From NCBI GenBank assembly GCA_965243025.1, contig CBDETY010000003.1, positions 1,504,001-1,568,000 of the forward strand: a stretch of 64,000 nucleotides of DNA, read 5' to 3'. Both the position numbers and the translations under genes were made by a program. Position 1 is the first letter of the stretch. The number at the start of each line of letters is the position of its first letter. Positions 50,485 to 59,528 of the stretch are shown in pieces. This DNA comes from Candidatus Latescibacterota bacterium (GTDB taxonomy: Bacteria; Latescibacterota; UBA2968; UBA8231). Below the pieces are notes generated by a model. The model searched no databases. It saw nothing but the letters and a program-made list of their open reading frames with translations, and had not been told where the DNA came from.

Positions 50485-51834
50485 CTATGAATCCATCCGA
50501 CACGGCATGAGCAGGGCGGCGCGGGACTCTTGCCCTGCCTCGAAGTGAAGGGGAGGATGCTTGTATATCTCCATTGCCCCGAAATGGATCCGTATCTCTT
50601 CCGCGGCGTCCTTCAGCGCCTCCACGATCGTTCTGAGGAAGTCGTGATTGAAGCCGGCCAGGAATGATCCGCCATTCCCGATATCGGCCGCATCCGCCGG
50701 GCAACTCACCGAATGCTCCCAGTTCGGCCGGTCCTCCTGCGGTTCTCCTGACTCTTCCGCGGTCCGGCTGAACCCCAGGTCCCGTGTCGTTCGCAGCCTC
50801 AGGTTCCCCTCGGCGCTCGACACCCGCATCTCCACCAGCGGCATGTATTTCCATCCGCCGTTCACCGGCTCGTGCCGGTCCCGGAGGAACGGCTCGATCT
50901 CCTTCACGCAGGCCATCAGGTGCTCGCTGCGCACCACCGCCAGGACCGGACGGGGAGTGCCGAAAACCTCCTGGTACTTGACGTAAGGTCCGGGAGTAAG
51001 CCGCAGGAAAACCTCGTCTCCCTCAGGGCTCCGCAGGACGGCGGATTCCCCTTCGAGCACCAGGGTTGCCGCCTCCGCCTCCGGGACCATTTCGGATTGC
51101 AGCGAATCGAGGATCACCGGGGCGGGAAGCGAGGCCAGTCCCTTGCTCGGCCAGTCGAGCATCATGGCCCCGTTGGTCGCGACGATCCTGCCCCCGGCGT
51201 CGAGACAGATCCCTTGCAGAACGGGCCTGCCCGGGTCGTCGCTTCGAAAGCGGGCTGCGTGTCTCAGTCCCGCCAGGTCCTCAGGTCCGAGATCGAATGT
51301 CTGTGCGGTGCTGGATTCGGCCATCGTCGCAATCTCCTCGTGCAGGCGTTTCCGGGCTTTCTGCAGCCGGCTCTTCACCGTGTCCGTGCGCAGCTGCAGC
51401 AGGTCGGCGGTCTGCCGGTAGGAGTAGCCCTTGAGGTAGTGGTGGACGATCACGTCCCGGTGGGGCTCGCTCAGCTTTGCCATCGCCTTGCGCACCAGCC
51501 CTGCGATCTCCTTCTCCCCGGTCTCGGGCGGGGTCTCCGGTTCGAGCTGATCGAGAAGGTTGAGCTGGGTGAGGCGGCGCCGCTGCCACATGCGCGCCTT
51601 GTTGTCGGCGATCGAGCACAACCAGGCGCCGAAGCGCTCCGGGGAACGCAGCGCCGCCAGCTGCTGGTACGCGGCGAGCAAAGCCTCCTGCAGGATGTCT
51701 TCGGCCGCCTCTCTCGACCCCAGCCTGCGGACGAGCCGCCCCAGCAGCCACGGAGTGTGCTCCTCGACCAGCATCTCGAAGGCCTTCGAATCTCCGGCCA
51801 GAGCTCTCTTCACCCGGTCGCCGTTCCGGTCCAT
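50485..51834 (-). CDS. ECF RNA polymerase sigma factor fused to a C-terminal DnaN (beta-clamp) domain II+III-like module
   Basis: Sigma2: AFEMLV, AEDILQEALL, FGAWLCSIADN. Sigma4: LSEPHRDVIVHHYLKGYSYRQTADLL..TVKSRLQKARKRL. C-terminal ~280 aa has RPVLQG, VATNG, GPYVKYQEV, GFNHDFL, ALK, LLMPCR in DnaN order. Confidence 0.85.
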   Translation of the reverse strand: MDRNGDRVKRALAGDSKAFEMLVEEHTPWLLGRLVRRLGSREAAEDILQEALLAAYQQLAALRSPERFGAWLCSIADNKARMWQRRRLTQLNLLDQLEPETPPETGEKEIAGLVRKAMAKLSEPHRDVIVHHYLKGYSYRQTADLLQLRTDTVKSRLQKARKRLHEEIATMAESSTAQTFDLGPEDLAGLRHAARFRSDDPGRPVLQGICLDAGGRIVATNGAMMLDWPSKGLASLPAPVILDSLQSEMVPEAEAATLVLEGESAVLRSPEGDEVFLRLTPGPYVKYQEVFGTPRPVLAVVRSEHLMACVKEIEPFLRDRHEPVNGGWKYMPLVEMRVSSAEGNLRLRTTRDLGFSRTAEESGEPQEDRPNWEHSVSCPADAADIGNGGSFLAGFNHDFLRTIVEALKDAAEEIRIHFGAMEIYKHPPLHFEAGQESRAALLMPCRMDS

Positions 51835-51930
51835 GATCACCCTGTAGTTGCCCGCCGGCGGCAAAGGTATCCGAAACGGGGCGCCGGTGGGAAAACCCGG
51901 GCGACCCTCCAGGCGCGTGTCGGAAGGGGG

Positions 51931-51953
51931 GATCCCGTCGCCGGGACGGGATC
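51931..51953. repeat. Perfect 9-bp inverted repeat in the divergent ECF/FGE intergenic region
   Basis: GATCCCGTC-GCCGG-GACGGGATC. Confidence 0.5.
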
Positions 51954-52123
51954 GATGTTGCCGCCCTCAAGCTGTTGTCGCCGGGGGGATTTGCGTTTTT
52001 TGACTCGAGCGCCCGGTGTGGACCCCGATCCCTGGCAAACTGACGATCCGGCCTTGTTCCTTGACGGGATACACCGTCGAAGCAACGATTCCCAAGGGCA
52101 GATTGACGATTCTCAATGGCAGT

Positions 52124-53344
52124 ATGATGATCGATAGACTTGCGTGTGTGTTGCTCCTGCTGGCCCTGGCCTGCGGGGAGGAGGACAAGGGTACGGGGCC
52201 GGTCGCCGGACCAGGTCCGGACACGGTCCCGGAACCCGCTCCCGGGGCTGCGCTTTTCGCTGCGGAGGTGGCGGCTGTTCGTCAAGGGTGTGAAGACGGC
52301 TGCATTCTCGCGGTTGCAACCGGCGAATCCGACGACTACGGGGCGTGCTTTGTTTCCTGTGTGTGGGAAGGTGAGAAGGCGTTGTGGAAGGCCGGGATGT
52401 TGGAGGTCGCCGCCGAGCTGAACGATCAGGGGATCGAGGTCGGGGGCTCATTTTCAGACCTTTCAGACAGGTACTTCCCCGAGATCATCGGCTCCGGGGA
52501 CACTCCTCGCACCTGGGCTTTGAGGCTGGCCTTGAGGATAGCCGCCATGGCGGGTGATGGGGAGTTGGTGCGCTCGGTGTTGGAACAAGGGGCGGGTTTG
52601 CCGGGCAATACAGAAGTTTTTTTCCTGCCTGGCGGGGTGCCGATGGAGTTTGTGAGGATCGAGGGGGGGACGTTCCTGATGGGCTCACCCTCTTCGGAGG
52701 AGGGTCGGGGGAATCATGAAGGTCCGGTGCATGAGGTGGAGATCAGCACGGGCTTCTGGATGGGCAAGTACGAGGTGACGCAGGGGCAGTGGGCGGCGGT
52801 GATGGGGCTGCGACCGTGGACTGGAAGAAACAACGTGGTTGAGGACCCTCTTTATCCGGCGGTGTATGTTTCCTGGGAAGATGCGCAGGCGTTGATCGAG
52901 ATGTTGAACAGTGCCGCGGGTGAGGCACGGTATCGTCTGCCGAGTGAGGCGGAGTGGGAATACGCCTGCCGTGCGGGCACCGGGTCGCCGTGGTCGTTCG
53001 GGGATGACCGGAGTCGGCTTGTCGATTATGGCTGGTACCATGTCAATACGGTGGATGCAGGTGAGGGGTACGCTCATGCGGTAGGTCTGAAGGGTCCGAA
53101 CCCGTGGGGGTTGCACGATATGCACGGGAACGTCTGGGAGTGGGTGCAGGACTGGTTTGACGGGGGCTATTACGAACGATCGCCCCGGGTGGACCCCCAG
53201 GGGCCTGAAACCGGCACATCCCGCGTCCTCCGGGGCGGCCGCTTCGACGATTCCCCCTGGCTGTTGCGGTCAGCCAATCGCCACAACGTCGCGCCGGGCC
53301 TTCGCGGCGAGGGCCTGGGCCTGCGCCTTCTGCTGGTTCCCTGA
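52124..53344 (+). CDS. Lipoprotein with C-terminal formylglycine-generating-enzyme (SUMF1)/C-type-lectin-fold domain
   Basis: Lipobox LALAC; FLMGS, EGPVHEV, KYEVTQGQW, VSWEDA, RLPSEAEWEYACRAG, NPWGLHDMHGNVWEW, RVLRGG, GLRL. Confidence 0.9.
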   Translation: MMIDRLACVLLLLALACGEEDKGTGPVAGPGPDTVPEPAPGAALFAAEVAAVRQGCEDGCILAVATGESDDYGACFVSCVWEGEKALWKAGMLEVAAELNDQGIEVGGSFSDLSDRYFPEIIGSGDTPRTWALRLALRIAAMAGDGELVRSVLEQGAGLPGNTEVFFLPGGVPMEFVRIEGGTFLMGSPSSEEGRGNHEGPVHEVEISTGFWMGKYEVTQGQWAAVMGLRPWTGRNNVVEDPLYPAVYVSWEDAQALIEMLNSAAGEARYRLPSEAEWEYACRAGTGSPWSFGDDRSRLVDYGWYHVNTVDAGEGYAHAVGLKGPNPWGLHDMHGNVWEWVQDWFDGGYYERSPRVDPQGPETGTSRVLRGGRFDDSPWLLRSANRHNVAPGLRGEGLGLRLLLVP

Positions 53345-53388
53345 CCTATGTGCTCTTCTTCCCTTGACCGGGAGACCCTTCGCGGTGT

Positions 53389-55398
53389 TTGGCCTCAACA
53401 GGATCTGGCGTGGGAACTCCGATCACATCCCTGACAGCCTGCGGCGCGAACCTCCGGCCTGATCTTCGGGCCGGCGCCGTCACCCTGGACACTCCCCGGA
53501 CCCTGACTCCGGCCCGCAGCCGCGCCGAGTGGCGGGCGCGCGCCGCGTACATCCGCGACCACATCCTCGCCTGCGCCGGACTTCTTCCCCTTCCGGAGAG
53601 GACGCCGCTCAATCCCGAAATCTTCGAGCCGCTTCGAAGGGAGGGGTACTCGGTCGAGAAGGTGTTCTTCGAGAGCTTTCCGGGTTACCTGGTCTGCGGC
53701 AACCTCTACCGGCCGCTGCGGCCGGGGAAGACCCGCTTTCCAGGGATCGCGCATCCGCACGGACACTGGTCGGGGGGCCGCCTCGAAAACGGGGGTGCCT
53801 GCTCGGTCCCGGGCCGCTGCATCGAGCTGGCGAGGCGGGGGTTCGTAAGCTTCTCCTGGGACATGGCCGGGTACGTCGACAGCTGCCAGATCGCCCACCG
53901 CGCCTTCGGCGGCTCCCGCGAGGACCTGTGGGGGATCGGCGCCCTCGGCATCCAGCTCTGGAACAGCATCCGCGCCCTCGACTTCCTGCAGAGCCTTCCC
54001 GACGTCGACGGCAGCCGCATCGGCTGCACCGGCGCCTCGGGAGGCGGCACCCAGACTTTCCTGCTGACTGCGGTGGACGACCGGGTTACCGCGTCGGCGC
54101 CGGTCAACATGGTCTCCGCTCACATGCAGGGGGGCTGCGTGTGCGAGAACCAGAGCCACCTTCGCGTCGACATCGACAACGTCGAGATCGCCGCCGCGGC
54201 CGCCCCGAGGCCGCAGCTCCTCGTCGCCGCCACCGGCGACTGGACCGCCAACACCCTGGAGCACGAGTACCCTTTCGTGCGCTCGGTGTACCGGCTCTTC
54301 GGCGCCGCCGCGAAAGTGAGCGCGGTGCGCTTCGACGCCCCCCACAACTACCACCGGGGAAGCCGCGAGGCGGTGTACGCCTTCTTCGAGCGCTGGCTGC
54401 TCGGGTCGCGCCGCCGCAGCCGTCCGGAAGCGCCCCTGCAGGTCGAGGCCGAGGAGGACCTTCGGGTTTTCTCCCGCCGCCCCCGGCCGCGGTCGACGCT
54501 GCGCCGCAACGAGGTCGTCCCCGCCCTGGTGGGGCGGGCGGAGAGCCGGATGGGCTCGTTCGAGATCCGCACTCCGAAGGATCTGGACAGGTTCCGCCAG
54601 GCCATGGGCCCGGCCCTTGAGCACGCCCTCGCCGCGCACCTTCCCGATGAGGTCGCCGCCCGCGACTGCGGCCGCTCGAGAATCGAGGGCGGGTACCTGG
54701 AGCGCTTCGCTCTCGGCCGTCCGGGAACGGGCGACTCGGTTCCGGCGATCCTGGTCTCGCCCCTGCCCCTGCGGGACCGGGGCCCGGTCACCCTGCTGCT
54801 GCACCCGGCGGGGAAGGCGGCCGGGTGGCGCGGGGAGCGCCTGCCGCGGCTGGTCGCCGCACTCCTGGGGAGGGGGCAGCAGGTGCTCGCCGTCGATCTG
54901 TTCGGAACCGGTGAGGCCGGACCCCCGGAAAAGGTGGCAGCCGGGGAGATCCACCATTTCTTCACCTACAACCGGACCCCGGCCGCCAACCAGGTTCAGG
55001 ACATCCTGACGGCGCTGGCGTTCGCCCGGCAAACCGGCGGCGGGCCCGTCAACCTGCTGGCCCTGAAGGGAACCGGCGTCGCCGCCCTGCTGGGGCGAGC
55101 CCTGGCTCCCCGGGTGGGCAGCGCCTGCCTTTCGCTGGCCTCCTTCGCCTTCGAGGACCGCAGCTGGCTCCGGCACTGTTTCGTCCCCGGGGTGCGCAGC
55201 GCCGGGGACGTGCGCACCGCCCTGGCCCTGGCGGCTCCCGGCCGCCTGTTCCTTCACGGGGCGGGTCGCGGTTTTCCCGCGGCCTGGGCCCGGAAGGCGT
55301 ACCGGGCCGCGGGCCGGCCGCGTTCGCTGCGTCTGTCGCCGCGGCCGGCCCCGTTGGCAGAGATGGTCCGATGGACAGCGGCGGTTTCGCGGGGTTGA
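53389..55398 (+). CDS. Two-domain alpha/beta hydrolase (acetylxylan-esterase-like); start uncertain
   Basis: VEKVFFES, PHGHW, NSIRALDFL, nucleophile elbow GASGGG, PRPQL, HNY; degenerate second hydrolase domain. Confidence 0.85.
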   Translation: MASTGSGVGTPITSLTACGANLRPDLRAGAVTLDTPRTLTPARSRAEWRARAAYIRDHILACAGLLPLPERTPLNPEIFEPLRREGYSVEKVFFESFPGYLVCGNLYRPLRPGKTRFPGIAHPHGHWSGGRLENGGACSVPGRCIELARRGFVSFSWDMAGYVDSCQIAHRAFGGSREDLWGIGALGIQLWNSIRALDFLQSLPDVDGSRIGCTGASGGGTQTFLLTAVDDRVTASAPVNMVSAHMQGGCVCENQSHLRVDIDNVEIAAAAAPRPQLLVAATGDWTANTLEHEYPFVRSVYRLFGAAAKVSAVRFDAPHNYHRGSREAVYAFFERWLLGSRRRSRPEAPLQVEAEEDLRVFSRRPRPRSTLRRNEVVPALVGRAESRMGSFEIRTPKDLDRFRQAMGPALEHALAAHLPDEVAARDCGRSRIEGGYLERFALGRPGTGDSVPAILVSPLPLRDRGPVTLLLHPAGKAAGWRGERLPRLVAALLGRGQQVLAVDLFGTGEAGPPEKVAAGEIHHFFTYNRTPAANQVQDILTALAFARQTGGGPVNLLALKGTGVAALLGRALAPRVGSACLSLASFAFEDRSWLRHCFVPGVRSAGDVRTALALAAPGRLFLHGAGRGFPAAWARKAYRAAGRPRSLRLSPRPAPLAEMVRWTAAVSRG

Positions 55399-55476
55399 TC
55401 GGGACCTGCGCGGCGCCCGGTGTGAATCGCTGACCGGAATGGCGAGTTTGTGGGAAAGGAGGCAAGGAAGAGGACG

Positions 55477-56733
55477 ATGAGCAGCGGGGACCGCAACGAC
55501 GTGCTGGTGATCGGCGGGGGGGCAATCGGTGTGGCCAGCGCCTACTACCTGGCGCGCCGGGGGGCCGCGGTCGCCCTGGTGGAGAAGGGGGAGGTCTGCT
55601 CCGGCTGCTCCTACGGCAACGCCGGTCTGCTGGTTCCCAGCCACAGCATTCCCCTTGCGGCCCCGGGGGTGGTTGCCCAGGGGTTGAAGTGGATGGGGCG
55701 CCCGGACAGCCCCTTCTACATCCGTCCCCGCGTCGACGCGCAGCTGATCCGCTGGCTGTGGCGGTTCTACCGCTCCGCCAACCACCGCCACGTGCGCCGC
55801 TCCGTGCCCCTGCTGCGCGACCTGAGCTTCGCCAGCCTCGAGCTCTACGACGAGCTCGACCGCATCGAGGGGTTCGACTTCGACCTTGTCCGCAACGGCT
55901 ATCTGCAGGTGGGGAAGGAGGGGTACAGCAACGAGGACGCCGAGGTCCGGATACTCAACGAGGCCGGGGTCGTCGCTGAGGTCCTGACCCGGGAGGAAGC
56001 CCAGGAGCTGGTGCCGGAGACCGGGCTGGAGATCGGCGGAGCCATCCACTTTCCCCAGGACTGGAACCTTTCGCCGCACCGTTTCGTCACCGGGCTCGCC
56101 GCCCAGGCGGCCGCCCTCGGGGCCGACATCCGCACCGGCACCGAGGTGCTCGGGTTCGAGCGCAACGGCTCCCGGGTCTCCCTGGTGAAGACAACGCGCG
56201 GCGACTTCAGCCCCGGCGAGATCGTGCTGGCCGCCGGTTCCTGGTCTCCCGTGGTGGCGCGCGACCTCTCCCTGTCCCTGCCGATCCAGGCTGGCAAGGG
56301 GTACAGCGTCACCTGCAAACGCCCGCCCCAGGCGCCGTCGGTCCCGATCTCCCTGGCCGAGGCCAGGGTGGGGGTTTCCGCGATGGGGGATTTCCTGCGG
56401 TTCGCCGGCACCCTCGAGCTGTCCGGGCTCACCCTCTACCTCGATCCGGTGCGGGTAGCCGCCATCCTGAAGGCGGTTCCCGAATACATGCCGGGCCTCG
56501 ACCCCGGAAAGCTGGAGATGGTCGAGATCTGGCGCGGCATGCGGCCCTGCACTCCGGACGGCCTGCCCCTGCTCGGACGCCCCGAAAGCCTCGCCAACCT
56601 CACCGTGGCCGCCGGCCACGCCATGATCGGGATCTCCCTGGCACCGGTCACCGGCAAGCTCGTCAGCGAGATCGTCTGCGGCGAGGAGCCGGGGATCGAC
56701 CTCGCCCTGACCCGGCCGGAGCGGTTCGGCTGA
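55477..56733 (+). CDS. FAD-dependent D-amino acid dehydrogenase family protein
   Basis: IGGGAIG, CSYGNAG, KGYS, GTLEL, WRGMRPCTPDG, AGHAMIG. ATG at 55477 after a purine-rich SD. Confidence 0.9.
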   Translation: MSSGDRNDVLVIGGGAIGVASAYYLARRGAAVALVEKGEVCSGCSYGNAGLLVPSHSIPLAAPGVVAQGLKWMGRPDSPFYIRPRVDAQLIRWLWRFYRSANHRHVRRSVPLLRDLSFASLELYDELDRIEGFDFDLVRNGYLQVGKEGYSNEDAEVRILNEAGVVAEVLTREEAQELVPETGLEIGGAIHFPQDWNLSPHRFVTGLAAQAAALGADIRTGTEVLGFERNGSRVSLVKTTRGDFSPGEIVLAAGSWSPVVARDLSLSLPIQAGKGYSVTCKRPPQAPSVPISLAEARVGVSAMGDFLRFAGTLELSGLTLYLDPVRVAAILKAVPEYMPGLDPGKLEMVEIWRGMRPCTPDGLPLLGRPESLANLTVAAGHAMIGISLAPVTGKLVSEIVCGEEPGIDLALTRPERFG

Positions 56734-57557
56734 TGGCGGACAAGGCCGGGCTCCGGGAGATGAAGCGGGCGGGGCGGAAAATCACCGTGCTCACCTGCTA
56801 CGACTACCCTACCGCCCTGTGGGAGGAGGAGGCCGGGGTCGACGTCGTCTTCGTCGGTGACAGCGTCGGCACCAACGTCCTCGGATACGCCAGCGAAACC
56901 GAGGTGACCATGGAGGACATGGCTCACCATCTGAAGGCGGTGCGCCGGGGGGTCGGGGAAGCCTACCTGCTGGCCGACCTGCCATTCGGCTCGGCCGACA
57001 CTCCGGGGCAGGCGGTGGAGAACGGCCTGCGCCTGGCTTCGCTGGGGGCGGACGGGGTCAAGCTCGAGGGGTTCAAGCCGGAAGCGGTCCGCGCCCTGAT
57101 CGCAGAGGGCCTCGACGTGTGGGGGCACCTCGGCCTTACTCCCCAGTTCCACAGGGAGCGGGCCCTGCAGGCGAAGACCGCGGAAGGCGCCGCGGAGCTG
57201 GTCTCCCGGAGTATGGAACTGGAGCGGGCGGGAGCGGATTTCCTCGTTCTGGAGGCGGTGCCGGAGGAGGTGGCCGCCGCCGTTACCCGGCGCCTGGCCA
57301 TCCCGACCATCGGCATTGCCGCGGGCCGCGGCACCGACGGCCAGGTGATCGTCGTCTCCGACCTGCTCGGCGCCTCCGCACTCGAGCTGCGCCACGTCGA
57401 CCGCCTCGCCGACAGCAGGGCGGAAGGGGTGCGGGCAATCAGGGCCTTTGTCGAAGGGGTGCGGGAAGGGAGCTTTCCCGCCGAAAGGCACGTGCGCCAC
57501 ATGAGCCGGGGCGAGCTCGGGAAGTTCGAGGCGGGTGCCCGGCCGAAGGGCAGCTAG
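56733..57557 (+). CDS. panB: 3-methyl-2-oxobutanoate hydroxymethyltransferase
   Basis: LTCYD, VGDS, ADLPF, VKLEG, GHLGLTPQ, IPTIGI, DGQV. Confidence 0.92.
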   Translation: MADKAGLREMKRAGRKITVLTCYDYPTALWEEEAGVDVVFVGDSVGTNVLGYASETEVTMEDMAHHLKAVRRGVGEAYLLADLPFGSADTPGQAVENGLRLASLGADGVKLEGFKPEAVRALIAEGLDVWGHLGLTPQFHRERALQAKTAEGAAELVSRSMELERAGADFLVLEAVPEEVAAAVTRRLAIPTIGIAAGRGTDGQVIVVSDLLGASALELRHVDRLADSRAEGVRAIRAFVEGVREGSFPAERHVRHMSRGELGKFEAGARPKGS

Positions 57558-59464
57558 CCGGAACCGCCCCTGCCGGCCAGGTCGAAGCGGGCATCCAGCC
57601 TGGGGAGATCGACGCTCGCCAGCCGCACCTGAACCACCTCGTTCAAGTCCAGCCCGCTGCCCCCCTGAAGGTCGATCTCCAGGGCGAGATCGGGGATCAC
57701 CGCCACGGCCCGCGAACCGCGGTGATCGACGATAACCGCTTCTCCCTGCCATCCGGACCGTTGCCCCAGCCAGGCGAGGGTCCAGTGGCGGCGGCTCATC
57801 CGCTCCGCCCTTCTCACGGACAAAGCCGGGGATTCTGCAGCACCCATCCTTTCGACGATCTCCGCTTCGCTCAGGGTCGGCTCGCCGCGCAGGTGCAAAC
57901 GCAGCTGCTGGTGGGCGACGAGGTCGAGGTAGCGGCGCAGCGGGCTGGTGACCCTGCTGTAGGCGTCCAGCCCCAGCCCGGCGTGCCGGCCTTTGAAGGC
58001 GGAGGGCCGGGACGGCCGCTGGCGCCTGCGAAGCGCCAGGGCTCCCGCAAGTCCCCACCCGACTCCGGAATCCTCCGAGGTTTCAGCAGGCTCCTGGAGG
58101 ACGAACGGGAACGGCAGCCCGTTGTCGGCGGCGTGCTTCGCAGCCCCCTCTCCGGCGAGAATCATCAGCTCGGCGACAAGCCCGCGGCTGGCCCGGCGGA
58201 TCAGCGGGAAAATGTCGATCGCCGCGGGGCTGGCCCCGGCGTCGGCGCGGATGTCGACTTCCGGCCAGTCGATGGCGACCGCGCCTGCGGCGAGCCTGCG
58301 CCTGGCGGAGCGGTCGGCGATCTCCTTGAGGGCGGCGAGCCCGCCGTTGCCGGTTTCCAGCTGCAGTTCCGCCTCCCCGTAGGTCAGACGGGTGACCCTT
58401 ACGGTGCTCGCGGCGATATCGATCAGGGCGGACTCGCCCGACGGTTCCGTACGCAAGTGAAAGGATAGTGCGGGGGAGCGCTCCTCCAGACCGAGGCCGA
58501 GCCGCTGAATCAGCGTCCCGGGCAGCATCGGAACGGTGAGGTGGGGCATGTACAGGGTTTCCCCGCGGGCGCGCGCCTCCATGTCGAGCTCGCTTCCGCC
58601 GGCAACGGCCGCGGCGACGTCGGCGACATGCACCCAGACGGTGCCGTCGGCCGCGTCGAGGCTGACGGCGTCGTCTGGATGGTCGTTCCCCTCGTCGTCG
58701 ATCGCCCAGGCCTGGAGGTGGGTCAGATCGAGCCGCTGCTCCTCCGGAAGCCGCACCGGGCCCGGATCCGGGGGAGGGGAGAGCAGGGCTCCGCAGCGCT
58801 CCGGACAGGGGAGATCTCCCTCCGTCCAGAAGCCGATCTCCAGCAGCAGGGCATGGGCGTTCTCCGGAGTCTCGCTCCTCTTCAGGGCCCGAAGGGCGCG
58901 GCTGTCGCCGCGGCCGCCCCTGGCCATGCGCACGATTTCAGAGAGGAACCGCTCGTCCTCCTCGATCCAGGTGCGGCCGCCCAGGCGCTCGAGGAATCCC
59001 CCCCAGGCCAGCCGCTCCCGCTCGGCCTCGCGGCGCCGCCGGGTTCCTTCGGCCACCGCCTCTGCCGAACGCGCGCGGATCCGCCGCGGCGTCCCCTCGA
59101 ACCACAGCCCGTCGCTGAGAATCCGCCACGCCGCCCAGGCAGCCGGCGGGGTGAAGCAGCCGTACAGCAGTTCGCAGAGGGTGCGCAGATCGGCTTCTTC
59201 TCCGCTGTCTTCCAGGAGCTCCCGGGCGGTATCGATATCCACGTCCTCGGATTCTCCGCTGGTGTCGAGGGCGGCGAGGCCGCTCGCCGACAGCGGCCCT
59301 GGGTGCAGCTCGGTCACGTCCTTGGGGCGCACCGGGCGGGAACCGCCGTCGACTTCGATCTCGATGCGGTCGCCGGCGGTCTTCTTGACCCTCGCCGGGC
59401 GGTTTCTATACAGTACGAGCGCGTCGAGCGCGGGCTTGTCCGCGGAGGGCTTGACGTCAGGCAT
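57554..59464 (-). CDS. RNB-domain exoribonuclease (RNase II/R family)
   Basis: AIDDEGNDHPDDAVS, VHVAD, RGETLY, LVAELMILAG, HAGLG, TSPLRRYLDL. Confidence 0.92.
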   Translation of the reverse strand: MPDVKPSADKPALDALVLYRNRPARVKKTAGDRIEIEVDGGSRPVRPKDVTELHPGPLSASGLAALDTSGESEDVDIDTARELLEDSGEEADLRTLCELLYGCFTPPAAWAAWRILSDGLWFEGTPRRIRARSAEAVAEGTRRRREAERERLAWGGFLERLGGRTWIEEDERFLSEIVRMARGGRGDSRALRALKRSETPENAHALLLEIGFWTEGDLPCPERCGALLSPPPDPGPVRLPEEQRLDLTHLQAWAIDDEGNDHPDDAVSLDAADGTVWVHVADVAAAVAGGSELDMEARARGETLYMPHLTVPMLPGTLIQRLGLGLEERSPALSFHLRTEPSGESALIDIAASTVRVTRLTYGEAELQLETGNGGLAALKEIADRSARRRLAAGAVAIDWPEVDIRADAGASPAAIDIFPLIRRASRGLVAELMILAGEGAAKHAADNGLPFPFVLQEPAETSEDSGVGWGLAGALALRRRQRPSRPSAFKGRHAGLGLDAYSRVTSPLRRYLDLVAHQQLRLHLRGEPTLSEAEIVERMGAAESPALSVRRAERMSRRHWTLAWLGQRSGWQGEAVIVDHRGSRAVAVIPDLALEIDLQGGSGLDLNEVVQVRLASVDLPRLDARFDLAGRGGSG

Positions 59465-59528
59465 GGGCAGGGTGGCGGCAGAAGGTAACCTCCGGGCAGC
59501 GAACTCGAAACGATCACGTATCCCGAAA

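Noticed and set aside
50485-51324. Reading the clamp-like region as the replicative dnaN or a dnaN pseudogene
   Set aside because: It lacks domain I, is not in a dnaA-recF-gyrB context, and is an uninterrupted in-frame part of the sigma ORF.
52025-52080. GGCAAAC resembling a c-di-GMP-I riboswitch
   Set aside because: The following GAAA tetraloop stem and GACGCAAAG elements are missing.
53395-56619. 1074-aa minus-strand ORF spanning two genes
   Set aside because: Antisense to a clear hydrolase and a D-amino acid dehydrogenase; low-information composition.
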